Positions 47,222-55,331 of a DNA stretch of 55,331 nt are shown piece by piece. A program made the translations under genes and the position numbers. Position 1 is the stretch's first letter. Each line of letters begins with the position of its first letter. The notes under the pieces were generated by a model, which was not told where the DNA came from, did not search any database, and saw nothing but the letters and a program-made list of their open reading frames with translations. Source of the stretch: Octopus bimaculoides (taxonomy: Eukaryota); NCBI RefSeq assembly GCF_001194135.2, contig NC_068981.1:90067538-90122868 (forward strand), read 5' to 3'.

Positions 47222-47654
47222 TTGATTTCAGATTTTGGCACAAGGCCAGCAATTTGGGTGGGGTAAGTCAATTAAGTCGACCTCAGTGTTCATTTGGTAC
47301 TTATTCTATCGACCCTCGAAAAGATGAAAGACAAAGTCGATCTCGGCGGAATTTGAACTCAGGGCGTAATGCCGCTCGGCATCTTGCCTAGCGTGCTAAT
47401 GATTCTGTAGCTCGCTGCTTTAAATTCTTGTGAAATATTGGTTTCAAATGTTGGCACAAGGCCAGAAAGTTCGGGTCAGTGGATTAGTCGATTACACCGA
47501 TACCAGTGCTCAACTGGTACTTATTTTACCGACCTCGAAAGGATGAAAGGCTAAGTCGACCTCGGCGGAATTTGAACTCAGGACGTAAAGGCGGTCGAAA
47601 TGCCGCTAAGCATTTTGCCCAACGTGCTAACGATTCTACCAGCTCACCGCCTTA
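47222..47654 (-). mobile_element. Two tandem family-N SINEs (47222-47421, 47441-47654)
   Basis: Both run from tattg(a/g)tttca..ttggcacaaggccag to gctc(g/a)c(t/c)gc(t/c)ttaaa. Confidence 0.9.
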
Positions 47655-48019
47655 AACTCTTGTAAAATATTGCCGGGTGGACTTATACAGTAAGTATAAC
47701 TAGAAAAGTAATACATTTCATATTATATTTCCTGTAGTTGTCATGTATGCCAATATATATAGTAAGGTCAAATTAGTTTCTTCGTGCAAACTGAAAGAAT
47801 ATGTTCTTTAATTTAACCTGATTCATTTCACACAGGAACATTTATTATGGTCTAACAGAGTTCAGTTTACCCACCTCTCCAGTAACCAAAAACCAGAAAC
47901 AGACTTTGCTGTAACAAAAATATGTCCATAAATGTAACATTGCAACCCATACAATTAATTACTGCATCTCTTCATACCTAAGTGATCGGCCGTCTAAGTT
48001 ACCTGCCATGCGTCTAGAC

Positions 48020-48298
48020 CAGGGGTTTTCAAACTTTTTGACTTGCGGACCCCTTTATATTTCAGGCTTATAAACGCTTATGAAATTTAAACATAAATAT
48101 TTGCTTAAAATAACATATATTTTTACATTTATTTATTTAACAGTATTTAACAAATAGGTTTATTGTCAATTAAAAGATTTCGATTAAAAAACATATATAA
48201 AATCAAATTGCCCATAAAACGTATTTGCTGTCCACGGACCCCCTGTCTTGTCCTTGCGGACCCCCTGTGGTCCGGGGACCACAGTTTGAAAACCCCTG
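48020..48298. mobile_element. hAT (Charlie-type) MITE, 279 bp
   Basis: Perfect 16-bp TIR caggggttttcaaact/agtttgaaaacccctg; perfect 8-bp TSD gtctagac (48012-48019, 48299-48306). Confidence 0.95.
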
Positions 48299-49441
48299 GT
48301 CTAGACGGTCAAAGTTGATCTGATATGTTGGTATTTAGCTTAAGTTAGGCCTAAGAGAAGAGACTAGTGGCTAGCTTGTCTTATTATATCAGACCCAATA
48401 CGCCCATGACCATATCAACCAATGTATTTTTTACTTCTACAAAAAAAAAAGAGAGAATTGACTTTTCTTCCTTGTAGTTCATGCAATCATATTGGATGTC
48501 CACGTTGCCCTTGACAATCTGAGTTATATATACATGATAGATTTTAGATGTCACTAATGTACTGTATCAATGAAGTAATATCTCTGGGTACCCCTGTGGC
48601 GCATAAATATTACAGACCAAGCACCCTAAAGCATTCGTAGCAAATAATTATTCGATCAATATGGGCGCTAGTACGTTCATGCTCGTTCGTTTAAATTCCT
48701 CTCTCTTTAAACCAACCACATAGACGTTTACAATGTTTGTTCTGTTACATGCAAGCGTCACTAAAATTCATCTAAAGTGGTTGAATATGTATCGGATAAT
48801 TAACTTCAATTTTGAAAATAAACCCCAGGCAGGAAAAAAGAAATATAATAAAATTTACACATCAAATCTAATCACAAATCAAACAGCATTTTTTTTTATT
48901 CTTTCTTTTTTCCTTTCTTCTGTTCTCTCTTTCTTTCTTTCTTCACTGAAACTCCATTGTCAGCCATCTTACATAAATTCTCTTGACAGTGTTATGTCAT
49001 TATTATAAGATATGTTCAGCACAGGAGTAATAAAATATGTCATTAGCAAGCAAAAAAGGTTTTCATTTTATATTAGAAACCGTCAGCTCCATACATTTTT
49101 CGCTTTACTTTCTTAATCATTGTAATGAAATTTTTCTTCAACGAATACTAAAATATTATATGTTTCAAAAAATACTTAATAGAATAAGTTAACTTATTCT
49201 TTCTGAAAACTCTTACTGAAATATTTCTTTGTCACAAGATTATTGCTGTTACTGTTTAGCTTCTACGTCAAAGAAATTCTAAACTCAAAGGCAATTAAAC
49301 TATGAACGTCCACTCTTCCTTCCTTTCTCGCCTCGGAATCATGTAATTCAGACTACATTATTTCATTATTTCAGAAACTCGAGTCCATGTGTATAACGTC
49401 AGGCTGGAGATGGGAACGATGATTTCCCTTTGCAAATACAG

Positions 49442-49523
49442 ATAGGGCACAGACAGTATATCAATAGCCAGCTGGAAGAGATATCTACAGTAGCATCGTC
49501 CCTTTATGGTCAACCACATTTAG
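49442..49523 (+). CDS. Weak candidate exon (IGHRQYINSQLEEISTVASSLYGQPHL)
   Basis: Acceptor ...caaatacag| (alternative at 49402), open frame in non-repeat DNA, weak donor TAG|gtggca. Confidence 0.2.
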
Positions 49524-49592
49524 GTGGCAAATATACCTCACGATGTCATGCTGCTATTGTTTACATCTCGCTCAGAGATCTATTATTGCTTA

Positions 49593-49637
<45 letters not shown>

Positions 49638-50481
49638 AGAAATAGGAAATGCAGATTGGGAAGTTAATAATTGTACATTATTAACAGCAAATTAATCATC
49701 ATCCCTTACAACTATTTGAACACTCACTAAATATTAAGTAGATATTAAATTCATGTGACACGAGCATAATAACTTCAGAGGGAAAAATAAAAACCCTTGG
49801 CTGTTTTATATGTGTTTATGGATTTATTAGAGAGAGACAGGCAGATAGACAGACAGAGTTTCCGTCAACTCATTTTCTCGCAACCAAATTCACTCACGAA
49901 GCTTCAGTCGCCCAGGAGCTATAGTGAAGGTGCCGCGCAGTGGGACTGAACCAAAAACCACGTTCTGTAGATTATAAACCTCACAATTATGCTGCCTCCT
50001 ATTTAAGCACTTAAACTCTACCCAATATTTTTAAATACTGAAAAAATGTAGAGCACCGAAAAAACTGGTGGCTTAACCTTTTTTCAGCGCTCTTTCCCCT
50101 GACTATTACATTATTATGTTTTTTGGGTGAAAGGTCATTTTAATACGTCACAAATCTAACAATGATACAATAAATAGCTTTAAGAATCTAATATGTCCGG
50201 AACTGAGACTTATATGTGTGTCACTGTGATGTGTGTAGGTGTATGAAACTGTATGCATGTACGTGTGCATCTGTGTACATGTAATCATGAGTGTGAGGTG
50301 ACATTTCAAACTCTTACGTAATTTTTTTATATAGCTAATTACATATGTAAACACATGATTATCATTGATGATAGAATTTGACACTCACACAATGCACATT
50401 CATGCACATAGGTTTAAAGAGCCATGGCCTTGACCGTGATCATTCAAACAAACTAACAAATACTCTATTGTTGACGTCTAG

Positions 50482-50576
50482 CCCATGACCTTCCTAAATC
50501 TTCAGAACTTATTGAGATTGATATAGCTGATGCCCAGTTTGAACATCTAGGAATCACGTCTGAAGGGAAAATGTGA
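50482..50576 (+). CDS. Weak candidate terminal exon (xHDLPKSSELIEIDIADAQFEHLGITSEGKM*)
   Basis: GNN-rich coding-like codons; weak acceptor gacgtctag|; phase-compatible with 49442-49523. Confidence 0.2.
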
Positions 50577-50741
50577 AAGACGAAAGACAGAATAGGCTAA
50601 CATGATGAGAAGAAACTATTGGTTAGTGAGTGGCTGTGTGTATGGGGGGGGGAGACCTGTAGTGAGAATATTCAGCAGTCAGATCAATACGCCTGATGTT
50701 GCGATTCACTAGAATAATACTCACTTGATAAAAAAAATCTA

Positions 50742-51130
50742 GTGTGGTAAGTAACTTGCTTACCAACCACATGATTCCGGGTTCAGTCTCAATGTGTGGC
50801 ACCTTGGACAAATGTCTTCTTCTATAGCCTCGGACCGACCAAAGCCTTGTGAGTGGATTTGGTAGACGGAAACTGAAAGAAGCCTGCCGTATATATATAT
50901 GTATGTGTGTGTATATGTTTGTGTGTCTGTGTTTGTCCCCCCAACATCACTTGACAACCAATGGTGGCGTGTTTACTTCCCCGTAACTTAGCGGTTCGGC
51001 AAAAGAGTCCGATAGAATAAGTACTAGGCTTACAAAGAATAAGTCCTGGGCTCGATTTACTCGACTAAAGGCAGTGCCCCAGCATGGCCGCAGTCAAATG
51101 ACTGTAACAAGTAAAAGAGTAAAAGAGTAA
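50742..51130 (+). mobile_element. SINE family A, near full length
   Basis: gtgtggtaagtaacttgct...gggttcagtctc...aacaagtaaaagagtaaaagagt tail. Confidence 0.9.
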
Positions 51131-51480
51131 TCACAACATCGCGTAGACTAGGCTCCAGCGGCATTCCATCTTTTGAGACGCTTCTTTCTGTGTGCAGTAT
51201 AAATTCGGCGCACATTGACTACTTGACGAAGAGCTAGGGGAGATCATCTTTTACTCTTTTACTTGTTTCAGTCATTGACAGACACCATAGGAGACGGCCA
51301 ACAGAGATGACGGACAGTAGCTGACCCGAGCTGACAACAACCACAATAAACGATCGGCGGAAGCAAAATAACGACCAGCAACTAACTTTTGGACTGCTAC
51401 TACACTTACACCAAGAACAATAATATTCAAACTGTCTCAACGTGTTGTCGTTCATAGCAACGACAACCTATGCTTTTTGT

Positions 51481-51707
51481 TACTCTTACTCTCTTTTACT
51501 CTTTTACTTGTTTCAGTCATTTGACTGCGGCCATGCTGGAGCACCGCCTTTAGTCGAGCAAATCAACCCCACGACTTATTCTTTGGATGCCTAGTACTTA
51601 TTCTATCGGTCTTTTTTGCCGAACCGCTAAGTTACGGGGATGCAAACACACCAGCATCGGTTGTCAAGCGATGTTGGGGGGACAAACACAGACACACAAA
51701 CAAACAT

Positions 51708-51738
<31 letters not shown>

Positions 51739-51912
51739 CATATATATACGACGGGCTTCTTTCAGTTTCCGTCTACCAAATCCACTCACAAGGCTTTGGT
51801 CGGCCCGAGGCTATAGTAGAAGACATTTACCCAAGGTGCCACGCTGTGGGACTGAACCCGGAACCATGTGGCTGGTAAGCAAGCTACTTACCACATAGCC
51901 ACTCCTACGCCT
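51481..51912 (-). mobile_element. SINE family A, full length
   Basis: Reverse-orientation copy with (ctctttta)n tail and head ...ccactcctacgcct. Confidence 0.92.
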
Positions 51913-52329
51913 ATGTTACGGGAAAACTAAAATTCAGTTTGTCAAAAATCTCAACAGACCCAGTGTTCTTCGTACAAACCAAACAAAGTATGAATAACAT
52001 AAAGAGATACGGGTGTGACAGATGAGTCAGATGAAGGTGATATGAAACTCGCAAGTTTTGAGGGAGGGGTAGAGTCATGTTATGCGAAGTGAAGAGATAG
52101 TAACTCAGCGACCATAGACTGTGGTGTGTTGGTGAGATTTGGATAACGATACTGAGTTGTATAGCCATCGCTGGGATCCAATCAGAAACATTTCTACGAG
52201 CGTGTTTAGGAGTATCACTGTCACAGATGTTATCTTTTATCTTTTACTATCGGTCCTTTCTCCCGAACCGCTAATTTACAGGAATGTAAATACACCAACA
52301 CCGGTTGTCAAACAGTGACGGGATAAACA

Positions 52330-53068
52330 CAAACAGGCACATACGTACATATACACACAAGGGCATAAACACACACGCACGTAAGCACACGCACATAAAC
52401 CACACACAATCCCACACACAACTCCACACACAACCCCACACACAACAGCACGCACACCCGTATACACAAACTTACATGCACACATACACATACATATACA
52501 TACACACAATATATATACATACACGCGCACACACACACACGCATACACATATACACGCACATACACACACACACGCACACATACTTAACACTCACAACCC
52601 CACGCATACACGTATACACACCCGCACACACATTCACGCACACATACACGCACACACAACTACATGCACATACACATACACACGCGCCAAAAAAACGCAC
52701 ATATACTTCTCCACACAACCCCTCGTTCACACACGCACACAAAATACACACGCACATGTACACAGGCACATACACTCACACCCACGCACATATCTACACA
52801 CGCACACACATACACGCACACACACAAGCAAATGAACCCATACATAACTCCTATATACACACAACACACACTCATACATACACACACACACAATTATGCA
52901 TACATTTATGCACACACAGTTTATACATATATGGACACACACTCGCACATACACGCATACACACAGAGTAACGTACATTTACTCCACAAACACAACCCCA
53001 CACACGACCTCACGCATACACACATTGCGCACAAAACACACACAACATATACATACATGCACACACAC
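52330..53068. repeat. Long degenerate CA/TA-rich low-complexity array
   Basis: More than 700 bp of interrupted (CA)n running into an ~900-N gap; source of the HT/VC ORFs. Confidence 0.9.
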
Positions 53069-54044
53069 NNNNNNNNNNNNNNNNNNNNNNNNNNNNNNNN
53101 NNNNNNNNNNNNNNNNNNNNNNNNNNNNNNNNNNNNNNNNNNNNNNNNNNNNNNNNNNNNNNNNNNNNNNNNNNNNNNNNNNNNNNNNNNNNNNNNNNNN
53201 NNNNNNNNNNNNNNNNNNNNNNNNNNNNNNNNNNNNNNNNNNNNNNNNNNNNNNNNNNNNNNNNNNNNNNNNNNNNNNNNNNNNNNNNNNNNNNNNNNNN
53301 NNNNNNNNNNNNNNNNNNNNNNNNNNNNNNNNNNNNNNNNNNNNNNNNNNNNNNNNNNNNNNNNNNNNNNNNNNNNNNNNNNNNNNNNNNNNNNNNNNNN
53401 NNNNNNNNNNNNNNNNNNNNNNNNNNNNNNNNNNNNNNNNNNNNNNNNNNNNNNNNNNNNNNNNNNNNNNNNNNNNNNNNNNNNNNNNNNNNNNNNNNNN
53501 NNNNNNNNNNNNNNNNNNNNNNNNNNNNNNNNNNNNNNNNNNNNNNNNNNNNNNNNNNNNNNNNNNNNNNNNNNNNNNNNNNNNNNNNNNNNNNNNNNNN
53601 NNNNNNNNNNNNNNNNNNNNNNNNNNNNNNNNNNNNNNNNNNNNNNNNNNNNNNNNNNNNNNNNNNNNNNNNNNNNNNNNNNNNNNNNNNNNNNNNNNNN
53701 NNNNNNNNNNNNNNNNNNNNNNNNNNNNNNNNNNNNNNNNNNNNNNNNNNNNNNNNNNNNNNNNNNNNNNNNNNNNNNNNNNNNNNNNNNNNNNNNNNNN
53801 NNNNNNNNNNNNNNNNNNNNNNNNNNNNNNNNNNNNNNNNNNNNNNNNNNNNNNNNNNNNNNNNNNNNNNNNNNNNNNNNNNNNNNNNNNNNNNNNNNNN
53901 NNNNNNNNNNNNNNNNNNNNNNNNNNNNNNNNNNNNNNNNNNNNNNNNNNNNNNNNNNNNNNNNNTACAGGTGTGGATATAAACCTCGGAGGGATAAAAA
54001 AATATCCAAGATTAAACTGGTTGAATACCTGACAATACAGGCAC

Positions 54045-54317
54045 ATACATATAAGCGGAGGCGAAAGTATTGTCTTCAATCGTGTTTGTTTGTTTGTTTG
54101 TTTGTCCGTGGACAAGATATCTCAAAAATTGGATTATTTTTCCGGTTTTTCACTTAATTTTTGAGAGCGGTCGGGTTCATCTTTAGTATTCTCGTTTGTG
54201 AGAGCAGTCGAGTTTATTTCAGATATTCTCATTTTAAAAATCATCTCCGGTTAATCATCATTGAGAAGACGTTGGTGTTGCCTTAGCAGAGGTTTGCGCT
54301 CTCTGAGTACTCTTGTT
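54045..54317 (+). mobile_element. Helentron-associated non-autonomous element (HINE/DINE-1-like)
   Basis: taagcggaggcg...(gttt)n microsatellite...gcagaggtttgcgctctctgagtactcttgtt: subTIR-like motif, small 3' hairpin, TT end. Confidence 0.65.
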
Positions 54318-54612
54318 AATATTATGAAAACATGGAGAGAATATGGAGATAAGATTTTTAAAAGCTTATTAATGCATTGACAAGACCAGACCTACGATTG
54401 TTTCGGTTCATCACTTAATTTAATTTAACTAAATCAATGTAGTTAATTACTACAAGCGAGAATATCTTCAGGGAAGGACGCACAAAAATATATTTAAAAC
54501 ACAATGAAAGCATTAAAATGAAAGAATACAGTGTACCGTTAACATTTAAAATATATACATTAATAAAAAATATATACTATTATTTAAAAAATATAGTTAT
54601 AGTCATAAATTA

Positions 54613-54723
54613 ATATAAATAGCAATAACGATAATGCAGACATACTCATGCAAAAATATGAATAATGGTGATATTCATATTTTTGCATGGGTATGTCTGC
54701 ATTATCATTGTTGCTATTTATAT
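54613..54723. repeat. Near-perfect palindrome (52-bp arms, 7-nt loop)
   Basis: Arms 54613-54664 and 54672-54723 match at 49/52. Confidence 0.9.
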
Positions 54724-54731
54724 CTGTATCT

Positions 54732-54780
54732 GGAGGTGCAATGGCCCAGTGATTAGGGCAGCGGACTCGCGGTCATAGGA
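54732..54780 (+). mobile_element. SINE family B head
   Basis: ggaggtgcaatggcccagtgattagggcagcggactcgcggtcatagga, then a gap. Confidence 0.85.
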
Positions 54781-55179
54781 NNNNNNNNNNACATATACAT
54801 ACATGCACACACACATACTTCAAACTACCAGTTAAACACCCTTCTACTGACAATTCTCCTACGCACATGTGAAAGGAGACACACAACAGACAGCCACTCC
54901 TACTCAAAAATTTTTTCTATAAATTCTTCCTACGATATTAAGCGATACAAAGTCCATCCGCACGCATACATAAACAGCCACAACCACACACACACGTGCT
55001 ATCATTACACACACACACACATAGACCTGCATGCACGCACATACACACACCTCCTTCTCTTGCACTCTCCTGTCTTAGAAAACACTTTTTCTTCACCCAT
55101 CCCCTTCCGGTCATTTCAATATGTGACCGCGTGTGTATCGTTGGCGATTTTCTTTTTCCTTCTTTGGATTCTTTCTATA

Positions 55180-55212
55180 TTTCTGATGAAGAGCATCGCT
55201 CGAAACGTGAAA
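55180..55212 (+). ncRNA. Minimal hammerhead-ribozyme-like motif in a Penelope-type repeat
   Basis: ttt-CTGATGA-a-GAGC atc GCTC-GAAAC-GTG-aaa; core and stem II intact, but the cleavage triplet is GUG and stem I has only 3 bp. Confidence 0.5.
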
Positions 55213-55331
55213 CCCTCTTTCTTTTCTTTCCTTTCCTGAGCGTCCAATAACAGTACTTTACCACGTCCTCGCGTTGTTGTTCTTTCTTGCTTGTTCTTAT
55301 TTGGATTGACTATATATATATATATATATAT

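Noticed and set aside
3841-53068. ORFs of poly-Y/L/I/M/D or alternating HT, VC, YI, ER
   Set aside because: They are translations of microsatellites, not proteins.
7739-54157. Long ORFs (100-500 aa) in the track that are mostly X
   Set aside because: They are open only because they run through N-gaps; there is no coding evidence.
54400-54475. Minus-strand ctgaaga...cgaaac as another hammerhead
   Set aside because: About 60 nt between the cores with no convincing stem II pairing.

Overview
AT-rich, repeat-dense eukaryotic draft-assembly DNA with 17 N-gaps (about 6 kb in total). The tRNA-derived SINE families and microsatellite load point to an octopus/coleoid cephalopod genome; this is inferred from recalled repeat families, not from a search. 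No complete host gene can be supported: almost all long ORFs in the track come from N-gaps or microsatellites, and only a few short plus-strand exon candidates remain. The window contains dozens of SINE copies (A, OK-like; B, OR-like with an RTE-type tail; C, CORE-bearing with variable tails; N, Nin-like). It also holds decayed DNA transposases (mariner, DD37D maT, pogo/Tigger, hAT), LINE/Penelope fragments, several MITEs, Helitron/Helentron-like elements and many microsatellites. Most unusual observations: (1) a 304-bp element with 80-bp terminal inverted repeats enclosing a 28S-rRNA-like fragment (19787-20090); (2) a heavily decayed, apparently intronless fossil with colinear RNA polymerase largest-subunit motifs (about 5950-6660); (3) hammerhead-ribozyme-like cores in Penelope-type repeats; (4) a 283-bp tandem unit with an internal inversion forming a foldback; (5) a chimeric, tandemly duplicated SINE; (6) a near-perfect 52-bp-arm hairpin. 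All family assignments are by-eye motif recognition and need database confirmation.
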